IMG/VR virus record: IMGVR_UViG_2061766007_000009
Length of the DNA: 64,000 nt
Reading direction: 5' to 3' (one strand)
Source of the DNA: a virus
Lineage: Duplodnaviria; Caudoviricetes
The notes under the pieces are model-generated. The model worked only from the letters and a program-made list of their open reading frames with translations. It was not told where the DNA came from and did not search any database. Each line of letters begins with the position of its first letter. Within the stretch, counting starts at the first letter, position 1. A program made the translations under genes and the position numbers. This document shows, one piece after another, positions 29,153-39,001 of this stretch.

Positions 29153-29737
29153 ATGAGCAATAGTATTATATATTCAGACGAATTCAAACGCTGGTTCGGT
29201 GATTGGGAGAATGACCCCCAACACTCGAGCAAGGTCGTTGACGAGGAGGGAAGACCTATGATGATGTATCACGGTGACGCCAAAAAGGGCGAACTGGTAT
29301 TTCGTCGGGATATGTTCTTTTCCCCCAACAAGGACTACGCTGGGCGGTACACGAAAGGCACTGGTGAGGTGAGGGATTACTACCTCAATATCAGACACCC
29401 ATTCGACCTTCGCAATAAGAGAGACTGGTACATATTCAAAGAGTTCAGAAACGGTCACGACCCTTGCACCAAGCCAGGTGAACCAATGGACTGGGCGGAA
29501 TATGAATACGAAGACCTCCAAGATTATCTTGAAGAGAATTATCCGGGTGAGTATGATGGTGTCATCATGAATGAAGGTGGCGACGGCGGATACGAACACC
29601 AAGTCATCGAGAGAGGACTAAGTTACGTGCCGTTTAGGGAAGACCAGATAAAACCAGTGCCCAATGACTTAGACGAGATTGTTGAGAATATCGTCCAAAA
29701 AATAAGATTCAGATACACTAAAACAAGGCTGTTTTGA
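29153..29737 (+). CDS. Stand-alone ART-PolyVal-like ADP-ribosyltransferase domain protein
   Basis: FKRWFGDW..SKVVDEEGRP..YHG..FFS....A..Y..YLNIRHP..YDGVI..YVPF..QIK. Confidence 0.7.
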   Translation: MSNSIIYSDEFKRWFGDWENDPQHSSKVVDEEGRPMMMYHGDAKKGELVFRRDMFFSPNKDYAGRYTKGTGEVRDYYLNIRHPFDLRNKRDWYIFKEFRNGHDPCTKPGEPMDWAEYEYEDLQDYLEENYPGEYDGVIMNEGGDGGYEHQVIERGLSYVPFREDQIKPVPNDLDEIVENIVQKIRFRYTKTRLF

Positions 29738-29803
29738 TATTTATATATAAAGAACATGTAATGTTGAAAATACTTTATTCAGACATAAAGAAACAAAGAT
29801 ATA

Positions 29804-29841
29804 GCGGAATAGGCGTACTAGCACCTATTCCGTTTTATTTT
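29804..29841 (+). terminator. Terminator-like hairpin in the phoH leader
   Basis: GCGGAATAGG..CCTATTCCGT followed by TTTATTTT. Confidence 0.6.
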
Positions 29842-29867
29842 AATAATAACTTAATAAACAGTAATTT

Positions 29868-30662
29868 ATGGGAAAAAAGAAAGCATTGCAGGCTCTCGAT
29901 GAAGAAGAATTGGGCTTTGTGCAAGAAAAGATGAGATGCCCTTTTGGTGACGCTGACACCTACACCAGCATTCTCAGACTTCTTAATTACAAAATTCAAC
30001 TGAAATGCAAAAACGAGAAACAGAAGGAGTTTCTCAACCAGTTGAAAAACGACAAGTACCAGATTTGTTTTGCACAAGGTTCAGCCGGCAGCGGAAAGAG
30101 TTTTATTAGTATTGGATATGCATTATCCGCACTGAAAGACCAAAGCAATAGTTTCGATAAAATAATATTACTTGTCCCAACAGCAGAGGCTGGGAATATG
30201 TCACTTGGATATCTAAAGGGAGACCTTGAAGCGAAGATGCTCCCCTACCTTGAGGCGGACAAGTACACAATGGAAAAGATTCTGAAGACAAGTGGAAATG
30301 TATTCCCCAAGGGGATTGTGGACAGTCTGGTCCAAAGGAATCTAATAGACTTTGAACTCGTGAATTTTGCACGAGGCAAGACATTTGACAATGCCCTCAT
30401 CCTCATCTGTGAGGGGGAAAACTACTCTCCGGGGGAACTGCTCTTGTTGTTGACACGAATTGGGGACGGCTCGAAAGTAATCATTACGGGTGATGCACAA
30501 CAACTAGACAGAAGGGACATCAAAAAGACGAAAGAAGGAAACGGTCTGACATATGCGATAGAAAGACTTAAAGACCTTGACGAAGTCTCGGTAACGACGT
30601 TCACCGAAGAGGATATAGTGAGAAATCCGATAATCTCAAAAATATTAAAAGCGTGGGCATAA
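29868..30662 (+). CDS. phoH: PhoH-family ATPase
   Basis: GSAGSGKS Walker A, LGYLKG, ARGKTF, ICEGEN, LLLTRIG..SK..ITGD..Q.D, DIVRNP. Confidence 0.93.
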   Translation: MGKKKALQALDEEELGFVQEKMRCPFGDADTYTSILRLLNYKIQLKCKNEKQKEFLNQLKNDKYQICFAQGSAGSGKSFISIGYALSALKDQSNSFDKIILLVPTAEAGNMSLGYLKGDLEAKMLPYLEADKYTMEKILKTSGNVFPKGIVDSLVQRNLIDFELVNFARGKTFDNALILICEGENYSPGELLLLLTRIGDGSKVIITGDAQQLDRRDIKKTKEGNGLTYAIERLKDLDEVSVTTFTEEDIVRNPIISKILKAWA

Positions 30663-30666
30663 AGAA

Positions 30667-30693
30667 AAACGGAGGTTTTAAACCTCCGTTTTT
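30667..30693. terminator. Bidirectional terminator
   Basis: AAAACGGAGG-ttttaaa-CCTCCGTTTT between convergent genes. Confidence 0.8.
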
Positions 30694-31738
30694 ATTGTTG
30701 GGTCTGTCGTTGCTGTTGATTCTGTCGTTGCTGTTGATTCTGTCCACCTGTTTGTTGCTGACTGTATGCTTGTGGTGACCATGTATTAACCCTTGGTGTA
30801 CTCAACGCAGTTGTGTAATTTGTGGACGCACTATTATAATTCTTCAAAGCGTTGTCATAGTTTTGCTGAACTGCTTGACCTTCTGGACTGTTCAGTGAAG
30901 CGTTGTACGAATTGGTGTATGCGGCCTTTGCACCATTTGTGTAGTCTGTGTAACTCTGATTTCCAGATAAGTTTTGAATCTGGGCGTTGGTCAACCAAGT
31001 TTTAGTGTTATTTGCTGGGTCGCTTATGTAATAATACCCTTGTCTTTGAGGGTCATAACGCACGTCAACATTTTGTGCAGTCACCTGACCCCCATTATAC
31101 ACATGGCCAGGCATTGTGAAGGAATTACTGCCGTAATAATTGTTTTGAGCCGCTTGTGCGTTTGCCACATTATTGTCTATACTTGCCGTGTATGCACTCT
31201 TTGCCGTTTGGAGATTATTCCACGCTTGCTCGTCTTGAGCCCCAGCAGCATCTATTTGTGTGCTTAATCTTTGATTGAAGTCTTGTGTTGCGCCAGCGTT
31301 CACAAGTGGGTTATTTTGGTTATAAGTATAACCAGTTATTTGTCCTTGTGCATTCTTCTGGTAGTCAACACCACTTGGGAGAGGCGTATGATATGTCTTT
31401 TTATATGCATTGGCGTATGTCTTATATGCCGTCCTGTAATCTTGAAGCATTTTCTTCACCTCGGGGTCGCTCGCCATACGGATTGCCTGGTCAAACATTC
31501 TGTCATTTTCTGCGGGGTTACCCTCACCTCGAGATGCGACGCTGAACGCAACTTGGATTGCTCTGGCACTATTGGGATACTGAGACTGTGCGTTAGCCAA
31601 AGATGTACCCCAATTCTGCATTGTTGTTGTATAATAAGCCATAGGGTCTGCCGCTTGTTGTTGCGGTTGACCAGCCTCGAACAACATAAGATGTCTCATC
31701 TTTGTCATCTCTTCATTTAATGTATATTGTTTAAGCAT
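30692..31738 (-). CDS. Q/N/Y/T/A-rich low-complexity protein, putative head-internal
   Basis: Start MLKQYTLNEEMTKMRHLMLFEA after late motif at 31753; very few acidic residues after the N-terminus; poly-Q end. Confidence 0.7.
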   Translation of the reverse strand: MLKQYTLNEEMTKMRHLMLFEAGQPQQQAADPMAYYTTTMQNWGTSLANAQSQYPNSARAIQVAFSVASRGEGNPAENDRMFDQAIRMASDPEVKKMLQDYRTAYKTYANAYKKTYHTPLPSGVDYQKNAQGQITGYTYNQNNPLVNAGATQDFNQRLSTQIDAAGAQDEQAWNNLQTAKSAYTASIDNNVANAQAAQNNYYGSNSFTMPGHVYNGGQVTAQNVDVRYDPQRQGYYYISDPANNTKTWLTNAQIQNLSGNQSYTDYTNGAKAAYTNSYNASLNSPEGQAVQQNYDNALKNYNSASTNYTTALSTPRVNTWSPQAYSQQQTGGQNQQQRQNQQQRQTQQ

Positions 31739-31842
31739 ATTTCTTTTTTTATATAAATATTTGTTTGCATTGCAATTATTTACGATTCCTTCCAAGTTCC
31801 ACCGATTTTAACGTACATATTCGACTTACATATCAGCGACAA

Positions 31843-34800
31843 TCAACTTCCGTCAACAACCGCCGTCCAATTGGTCGGGATACCGTTTACCCCACGCGAC
31901 CACGATGTGCCGTCAGCCTGCACGAATGTACCTTGTGATGCAGTAGTCTTGAGCCAGTTTTGTGTACAGTTTGTTGCACTAATATTTGTTGCAAGACATT
32001 TGACATAATTAAGATTACTACAACCGATGAACATACTGAAATAGCAAGAATTGGCAAGTGTTGGGGCGAGAAGTTCGGGTGCGGTTGAGAATGCACAGTT
32101 CTCAAACATATAGTAATAAACACCAGTGTTCAATGTCGTTGCTGGAAGTGCGGGTGCGACATTCAATGAATATGCATTACTGAACATTGCACGATAAGCA
32201 TATTGTGACAATGCTGTAGCGGGCAATATCAAGTTTTCGGCAGAGATTACATTTGACAACTTGAACATTGAGCAGAACGTATAGTTGGATGACAATGTGT
32301 ATTGATTGATAAAGTTATCACCATATACAAGGCTCATTGCGTTTCCTTCAACATTAAATGTTGCCGTACCCCCCTCAAAACCAGAATAATTTGATTTGTC
32401 TTTTGCATAGGTTGAGTTTGTTCCTCGTAATCTCATAGTATCACCAGCAATAACATTTATCGTAGTTGAGGACGATGCTGTTATTGATGTCCATGTACCA
32501 TCATTGAGACTATATTCAATTGTCTTTGACATACCGCTACCAATTGAATTCCAAGCAACCGTACCGTCAGTAAGTATCTGCAATGTCAGATAGTCTCGAC
32601 TATAGTCGTGTGTAGGATTGTATATGCACGTTTCCGTCACCACTGGACTGAGGCGACTCTCCAACTCGGCGTAAGCCTCGACTATGGTGTCCTCGAATAT
32701 GTCGATAGGTACGGAATATGTCTCATAACTTCCTGTTTGGTTGAGACGGTAATATATCGTAGCACCTTGTGTCGCACACTCTATGGTCACTTGTGAACCA
32801 TCGCACGTTATGACTGGCGAGTCTACCACAACAGGGTCGTACACGCAGTTTTGTGTAGTCAACGGACTTGCAACACCGTTGAGGTCGGCATACGCTTGAA
32901 CAGTGGTGTCAGCACTGATGGGGATGGCGGCTGTGTACACGGAATAGGCCCCCGCCGTTCCGAGACGGTAATATATCTCGACACCCGGCGTGTCGCAAGT
33001 AATGGTCACCAACTCACCGTCGCAACTGATGGTGGGTCTGTCGATGCCGTTGTCGTATATACACGTTTCCTTCACAGTGCGGCTGTTCTCATCGTCAATC
33101 GACGCATACGCCTGCACTACGGTGTCGGCACTGATAGTTATCGGTTCCGTGTATGCCAGATATATTCCTGTCTCATTCAACCGGTAATAGATTGTGGCAT
33201 CGCTCGTCTCACAAGATATTGTCACTGTGTCTCCCGAACATAGGATGACTGGTGTTGCCACACTGGATATACGCGTTATCGAGAAATCCAATACATCAAT
33301 ATTGGAATAACGATATGGGTCGCCGTTAGCATCCATTGCACAACCGATGGAGACCCTCAGATATTGTAGTTCCGGAATGTCTGGGAATATACGGTCACTG
33401 CTGAATAGCGTCGTGCTCGTATCCAGGTCATAGCATATGAATGTGTTTGTGCTCTTCGTTGGGTCGTACGTTATCTTCAGATTGTAAGAGGCGATGTTGC
33501 CTATCAGCGTTGACGGATTTATTGTCGTATTGGTGTTGGTTCCGGTGCTGAACTGTGTTCCGAGCATTATATACTTGTTCGTGCCGGTTTGCCTCAGTTG
33601 GAATCCATACCACGGTTCCGGCGTGGCCCTCTTCATAGTGAGGATGTTGTGGTGGTTCTCGTCTTGGTTTGGCGGTTGTGCCAAGAAGTCTATGGTGAAC
33701 TGTATCACGAGTTCGAACCCGTGTGTCATATCGAATGCGTAGTATTCGGTATTCACACCTTCAGCGTTGAATGTCTTCTCCCCATCCGGATTGCTGCTCG
33801 TATCAATGGTGTAACCCGTGACAACCTCGTTGCCATTCTCGTCATATCCAACGTCTTGTGTGCTCAAGTTGCCATCCACATCTATCTCGTTGTTGACGGT
33901 AGATGTTGGGTTGCCCTCAGCATTGTAGTTCGTTGTCGTCGACTCAGATGAGCCGTCCGCATTATTGGTAGTCTCATTGGTCGTACTACCGAGAGCATCG
34001 CCGTTCTCATCATAATACATCGTCGTGGCCGATGACTGATTCGAGCCGTCTAGATTCTCCACAAGAGTCTCCGTCGTTTCCGAACTCGAACCGTCGGCGT
34101 TGGTCTGTGTGGTTGTCGTCTCTGTTGTCACAAACCCCGAGACAGGGTCGGGTGCCGAAATCGTTGACGATGTGGTGCTCGACGAACCGTCGGAGTTTGT
34201 CGTGGTGGAACTTATCGTCGACGAACCGTCCGTGTTCGTCGTGGTCTCCGTTTCCGTGTTGCTGAACGAACCGTCCTCATTGGTCGTTGTCGATGTAGAG
34301 GTCTTTGTTGTGGAACCGTCTGGATTATTGACAGTCGTTGTCGTGGTTGTTGTCACAGAACCGTCTTCTCCGACCTCTGTTGATGATTCGGTGCCTTCGA
34401 CATACGTCAACACTATGTCTTTCGTGGTCGTGTATCCCGAATACGTTGCCGATACCGTTATCTCGCCAGACGCCATTATGGTGATGGTACCAGTTTGGTC
34501 AATGGACGCATACGCACCGCCCGACGTTATGGACCATATCGGCTCCACAACCACCCCATTGCACCTCGCAACAATATTGCCGCTTGTGCCTTCCATTGCG
34601 GATGGACCTTCAATGGTCAATCGGTTGTCATATGAGACGGTTATCGTGCGCGAATCACTGTACACGACACCATCATACGTATATTCACACAAAATGGTGA
34701 TGGCCTCGCTCATCACACCTGGTTTTATGTCAACCCTACCGTTCGAGTTAATGGTCGCATATTGCGACCCAGAAGTCAACGACCATTCGGCGGGCACGAC

Positions 34801-34929
34801 GTTGCCGTCAAACTCAGCCACGCAATAAAACAGTTTAGCCGTGTACGAATCATCCGATATTACGACAAGCGTGTGACTTACCTCACCAATTGCGAGAATA
34901 CTCAATATGTGTCTTCTAATGATGCTCAT
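31843..34929 (-). CDS. Multidomain adhesin/receptor-binding protein: Ig-like pair, Thr/Ser-rich repeats, lectin-like region, three Fn3-associated (CHB_HEX_C-like) repeats, BspA-type LRR C-terminus
   Basis: WSITSG..YA.I..G repeats; TTTNxDGSS repeats; 3x PxIxCDG..VTI.C.T.GA.IYYRL..TVVQAYA; LPATTL..YYYMF..C LRR. Confidence 0.75.
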   Translation of the reverse strand: MSIIRRHILSILAIGEVSHTLVVISDDSYTAKLFYCVAEFDGNVVPAEWSLTSGSQYATINSNGRVDIKPGVMSEAITILCEYTYDGVVYSDSRTITVSYDNRLTIEGPSAMEGTSGNIVARCNGVVVEPIWSITSGGAYASIDQTGTITIMASGEITVSATYSGYTTTKDIVLTYVEGTESSTEVGEDGSVTTTTTTTVNNPDGSTTKTSTSTTTNEDGSFSNTETETTTNTDGSSTISSTTTNSDGSSSTTSSTISAPDPVSGFVTTETTTTQTNADGSSSETTETLVENLDGSNQSSATTMYYDENGDALGSTTNETTNNADGSSESTTTNYNAEGNPTSTVNNEIDVDGNLSTQDVGYDENGNEVVTGYTIDTSSNPDGEKTFNAEGVNTEYYAFDMTHGFELVIQFTIDFLAQPPNQDENHHNILTMKRATPEPWYGFQLRQTGTNKYIMLGTQFSTGTNTNTTINPSTLIGNIASYNLKITYDPTKSTNTFICYDLDTSTTLFSSDRIFPDIPELQYLRVSIGCAMDANGDPYRYSNIDVLDFSITRISSVATPVILCSGDTVTISCETSDATIYYRLNETGIYLAYTEPITISADTVVQAYASIDDENSRTVKETCIYDNGIDRPTISCDGELVTITCDTPGVEIYYRLGTAGAYSVYTAAIPISADTTVQAYADLNGVASPLTTQNCVYDPVVVDSPVITCDGSQVTIECATQGATIYYRLNQTGSYETYSVPIDIFEDTIVEAYAELESRLSPVVTETCIYNPTHDYSRDYLTLQILTDGTVAWNSIGSGMSKTIEYSLNDGTWTSITASSSTTINVIAGDTMRLRGTNSTYAKDKSNYSGFEGGTATFNVEGNAMSLVYGDNFINQYTLSSNYTFCSMFKLSNVISAENLILPATALSQYAYRAMFSNAYSLNVAPALPATTLNTGVYYYMFENCAFSTAPELLAPTLANSCYFSMFIGCSNLNYVKCLATNISATNCTQNWLKTTASQGTFVQADGTSWSRGVNGIPTNWTAVVDGS

Positions 34930-34946
34930 AACTAATTGTTCAATTA

Positions 34947-35456
34947 TCAATAAAATTCAGCGACTACAGCACAGTTGTTCACAACATTTATCTCGTATGT
35001 GCGACCCGCAGTGTACGTCGGTGTCGTATGATTAGCGTACATAACGCTATTCGGCAAGGTTATGGCACAACCGTTGCCAGCAATAAATCTGATGGAGTAC
35101 TCTTTCGTGAATCCGCTCTCCTCGGCACTTGTGTTGAACACAACAGTCATGGAACGAGCAACGGTGCCGAAATCATACATTTTATAAGGGTCAATTGTAA
35201 CGGAAGCGGCGGGTGTCGAGGTAACATACGGTGTCTTGCCTTCATATTGAGCCATAGCACTCAACAAAGTATTATCATTGCTGAATGATACAACTTCATT
35301 ACTATCATTTTTTATGAAAAGAGTCTCGTATCCATCTGCATAATTTATTGCGATTTCACCGCTTTGCAACGAATTCGACGCAGGCTGTGCCGGCACCACA
35401 ATATTATTTGTGGTAGATGTCCTATTTGAGCGTTTATTTTTTACAGTTTGTGCCAT
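34947..35456 (-). CDS. Fibre adaptor with Mtd_N/hyaluronidase-N-like N-terminus
   Basis: KNKRS..P..LQSGEIAINY..ETLFIKN; C-terminal ITLP..V.Y..P....G.TYEINV. Confidence 0.65.
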   Translation of the reverse strand: MAQTVKNKRSNRTSTTNNIVVPAQPASNSLQSGEIAINYADGYETLFIKNDSNEVVSFSNDNTLLSAMAQYEGKTPYVTSTPAASVTIDPYKMYDFGTVARSMTVVFNTSAEESGFTKEYSIRFIAGNGCAITLPNSVMYANHTTPTYTAGRTYEINVVNNCAVVAEFY

Positions 35457-35591
35457 ATAACATATCTTCACTTATCTAATATAAATATTTGCTAAAGTCT
35501 CATTTTTAATAGCGTTGGAACACAAGCAGATAAAAAAATACGCCCACCAAAGGGCGGGCGTACCTTTCTTTTATCGAAAAACTCTTTTGTA

Positions 35592-38500
35592 TTAATACTC
35601 GCCACAATCTACAGTACCAACCGCAAGAACGGTTGCACCGTCAGTAGTGGCTTTAACAATACTCTCCTCATCGATATTAACTTCAACCTTAGTGTTGCCA
35701 CCTTGAGTTGTACTTACGGTAGTAGTCTCACCATTAACAACTTCGTTGGCTGAAATTGACTTATACAACTTGGCAAGTGCCTGGTTTACGGTGTCGCTAG
35801 TTGTTGGGGCACCACTAACCGAAGCGTCTGCGGCTTGAGTTGCATAGTCACTGCCAAGGTTAATACTGTCACCAGACAGAGTAACCGACGCAATTGATGA
35901 ACTAACAGTGCCAGTCACATCGTTAACGATGATGTTGGTCAATGCAGACTGAATCTTGTTCTGAAGGTCTGTTGACAACTTAGCACTAGTCACGTTACCG
36001 TCAGCAATCTTGGCGGTTGTTACTGCACTATCAGCAATCTTACCAGAAGTTACAGCACCGTCGGCAATCTTGCCAGAGGTAACCGCATCGTCAGCAAGGT
36101 GAGATGCCGAAATTGAAGATGCCTTCACGTCAGCACTAACCACACGGTTGTTGAGTGTCATATCGATAGTGTCACTATCAGCAACGCCAGTAACAGATGC
36201 GTCAATTGCGTTCTGTACATCTGTCGACAACTTAGCACTAGTCACATTGCCATCGGCAATCTTGGCAGTAGTAACAGCACTGTCAGCAATCTTAGCGGTA
36301 GTAACAGCACCATTTACAATGTTAGATGCACTTACTGCATCTGCCTTAAGGTCAGCCGAGATGTTATAACCGTCTATTGTTACATCAACGGTTGTTCCAC
36401 TGTTGTTTGCAGTATAAACATCAACAAGTTTATTTGCTGGGATATAGATGTAATCACTATTCTCATCGCCATTGGCAATTTCCAACTTAACGTATGTGTC
36501 ACCAGAAGTCAAACCAGCACTTGGTGCACTTGCACCGTGACCTCTCTTTTCGGTACCATCAGCGGTGATTACAGTACCCGCTGAAACTACCATATCTTGT
36601 GCAATGTTGAAGATTGCAACAGTATCTTCGCCTTGTTTCAAAGTATAATCACTACCGTCAACAAGAACCTTATGGTCACCAACTTCTGCCCCAGCGTGCC
36701 ACAGCGTCAACTCCGAAGCGGCATCAAGTTTATCAATCTCGCTCTTCAACTCCTCAACAGCGCCTTGTACTGTGGTAGCAGTCATAGCAGATACAGCGGC
36801 TGGTGTGTTGTCGAACGAAACCGCACTTGCGGCAAGGTTTGCCTGACCGATACTTACCACACCGCTAGTCTGTGTGATGGAGGTAATATACTTACCACTA
36901 TCTGCGTTAACGGTTCCGCTCATTGCGGCGATTAAGCCAGCGTTAGTGTCAGCCTTTCCGCTAACCGCTTCAAGGTCGCTTGCACTTGCAATACCGCTAG
37001 TCGAAATGGTGTAGGTCACACCACTGCTAGTTGCCGCTGTTGCAACACTCAAGAAATCAGAATCCTCTTCCACATTAGTCTTGGCTGAGTTAATCTTAGC
37101 CTCAAGGTCTTCGTCGGCGGCAGTTCTTGCACTTGTCTCGTCAGCGAGGTCTTGTGCATTTTGGGCAGACTTCTTATCGAGTTTGCCAATTGCCGATTCA
37201 ACTGTGTCAGCGGTGGTTACTTGACCAACATTTGCGGCTGGAGTGTAACCAGTAGACAATGAAGTCTGTGTTGCATCAACACTAATGACAAGTTTCTTAT
37301 TTTGGACTGTTTGGTCAGTTCCATTAAATGAACCACCAGTAATGCCATTTGCAACAGTACCAGAAATCTCATTGATTGCAGCATCGAGTTTACTGTCAGC
37401 ATCCTCGAGGTCTGTTGCGGCACTTATATAATGTGCATTGGTGTCTGGAGTATAAGCGGTTGCACCAGTAGTTTCACCGATAATGTTGTAAAGATTGGTG
37501 TCAGCAGTTTCACGTGCGGTCTCTTCCGCCTCCAATTCACCAGAAGTTGCAAGACCACTATCGGTTACTGTATATGTAACACCATTTGCTGAACTTCCAT
37601 CAGTATAGGCAGTTGTTACATTAATATGATTAGAACCAGTAACAACAGTCTTTGATGCGTCGATTTCAGCCTCGAGTTCACTCTTGAGGGTTGCATCTTG
37701 ACCACTTGCATATTCTTCTGCTCTTGTTTCTGCGCTAGCAATCTCATTCATCAAATTACCGCTTACGGTCTGAGTGAGAGCAGTTGCAATGTTGTGCTTG
37801 TAGTCGATAGCACTCTGAATATTGCTAACCTTAAAACCATCAGCACCAACGGTCAATACATTAGCGGTTGCACTTTCACCAGTTGTAACAGCCTCGCTTG
37901 TGTTGTCAACAACACCAGTGAATGTTGGGTGGTCCACACCAGTTGTCACCTTGGTAATACCACTACCAGCCTCATAAGTGTCAACGAGACCGCTCAAATT
38001 AATTGGAGTTGTCTGAATGCCAGCATCAGTGTTCCAAGTGAATGTGAGGACCTTGGTCCCTTCGTCGTATGTGACGCTCTGCAAGAAACCGTCCTTAACA
38101 AAATCGGTAGCATCGACAGTGCTGATTACATCACCAGTGCCACCCTTACCGCAAAGGTTGATGAATGTCTTGCCAGAATCTGCATCAGTACCTTGAACAA
38201 TGTCAAGACTCAAGGTTGAGAGCAGACCGCTTGAACTTTGACTCAACACTTGGTCGGTTGAATCAATTTTCAATGAAATTGTATTTGCGGTTTCACCTTG
38301 CCCAGCAGGTGTAACTTCAATAGCGTTTGACCCAGTATAAGGAGTCAAACCAGTTGAAGCAACATAAAGTTGATTATTACTGTTTACCTTAATGGTGCTA
38401 TCATCAACCAAAACCGACACATCGGTTCCAGCGGCAGCACTTGTAGCCGAAATAGCGGTGCCACCAGTAACTCGGTCGCCATTGACAATAGTTGTCAAGT

Positions 38501-38891
38501 TGGCAACCTTTTCATCAGCATATCTCTTGGCACCTTCAACAGAAGTGTCGCCACTTACAGATGAGTTGTCACCACTCAATGCTACGAGTTGTGAGGTAAC
38601 GGTGTTAGCAGTTGTCACACCAGTGCCAACATACGATTGAATCATTGACTCAATTGCTGCGTCGTCTGTGTAGAAAGTTACGCCAGTCTTGCTGTCAGCA
38701 TTGTGCTTAATACCAAGAAGAGTCTTGTAATTTGCACTCTCACTAGTCTCTTTGTAGCGAGCAAGAATAGGGGAACCATCGGGGAGTTCAGCCGCTTGAT
38801 TGTTGATAGCGGATTTGGCGTTAGCAAGACCTACCACGTTGATGGGAGCCTTATTCCTTAAGAATTGGATAATTTGTGTTCCTTTTGCCAT
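35592..38891 (-). CDS. Modular tail/capsid fibre protein
   Basis: IQFLRN..DGSPILARY N-terminus, DFVKDGFL module, KIADGAVT repeats, ends VDCGEY. Confidence 0.75.
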   Translation of the reverse strand: MAKGTQIIQFLRNKAPINVVGLANAKSAINNQAAELPDGSPILARYKETSESANYKTLLGIKHNADSKTGVTFYTDDAAIESMIQSYVGTGVTTANTVTSQLVALSGDNSSVSGDTSVEGAKRYADEKVANLTTIVNGDRVTGGTAISATSAAAGTDVSVLVDDSTIKVNSNNQLYVASTGLTPYTGSNAIEVTPAGQGETANTISLKIDSTDQVLSQSSSGLLSTLSLDIVQGTDADSGKTFINLCGKGGTGDVISTVDATDFVKDGFLQSVTYDEGTKVLTFTWNTDAGIQTTPINLSGLVDTYEAGSGITKVTTGVDHPTFTGVVDNTSEAVTTGESATANVLTVGADGFKVSNIQSAIDYKHNIATALTQTVSGNLMNEIASAETRAEEYASGQDATLKSELEAEIDASKTVVTGSNHINVTTAYTDGSSANGVTYTVTDSGLATSGELEAEETARETADTNLYNIIGETTGATAYTPDTNAHYISAATDLEDADSKLDAAINEISGTVANGITGGSFNGTDQTVQNKKLVISVDATQTSLSTGYTPAANVGQVTTADTVESAIGKLDKKSAQNAQDLADETSARTAADEDLEAKINSAKTNVEEDSDFLSVATAATSSGVTYTISTSGIASASDLEAVSGKADTNAGLIAAMSGTVNADSGKYITSITQTSGVVSIGQANLAASAVSFDNTPAAVSAMTATTVQGAVEELKSEIDKLDAASELTLWHAGAEVGDHKVLVDGSDYTLKQGEDTVAIFNIAQDMVVSAGTVITADGTEKRGHGASAPSAGLTSGDTYVKLEIANGDENSDYIYIPANKLVDVYTANNSGTTVDVTIDGYNISADLKADAVSASNIVNGAVTTAKIADSAVTTAKIADGNVTSAKLSTDVQNAIDASVTGVADSDTIDMTLNNRVVSADVKASSISASHLADDAVTSGKIADGAVTSGKIADSAVTTAKIADGNVTSAKLSTDLQNKIQSALTNIIVNDVTGTVSSSIASVTLSGDSINLGSDYATQAADASVSGAPTTSDTVNQALAKLYKSISANEVVNGETTTVSTTQGGNTKVEVNIDEESIVKATTDGATVLAVGTVDCGEY

Positions 38892-39001
38892 GTGTTTTCT
38901 ATTATACTTTAATTTAATTTATTATTTCTATCTCTAATAAATATCAAAAAGAAAGAGATATTGGGGAAGCGTTTTTCACATCTCCCCCAATACTATCCTT
39001 A

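Noticed and set aside
34100-34828. 242-aa Val-rich plus-strand ORF
   Set aside because: Antisense shadow of Thr-rich codons in the adhesin
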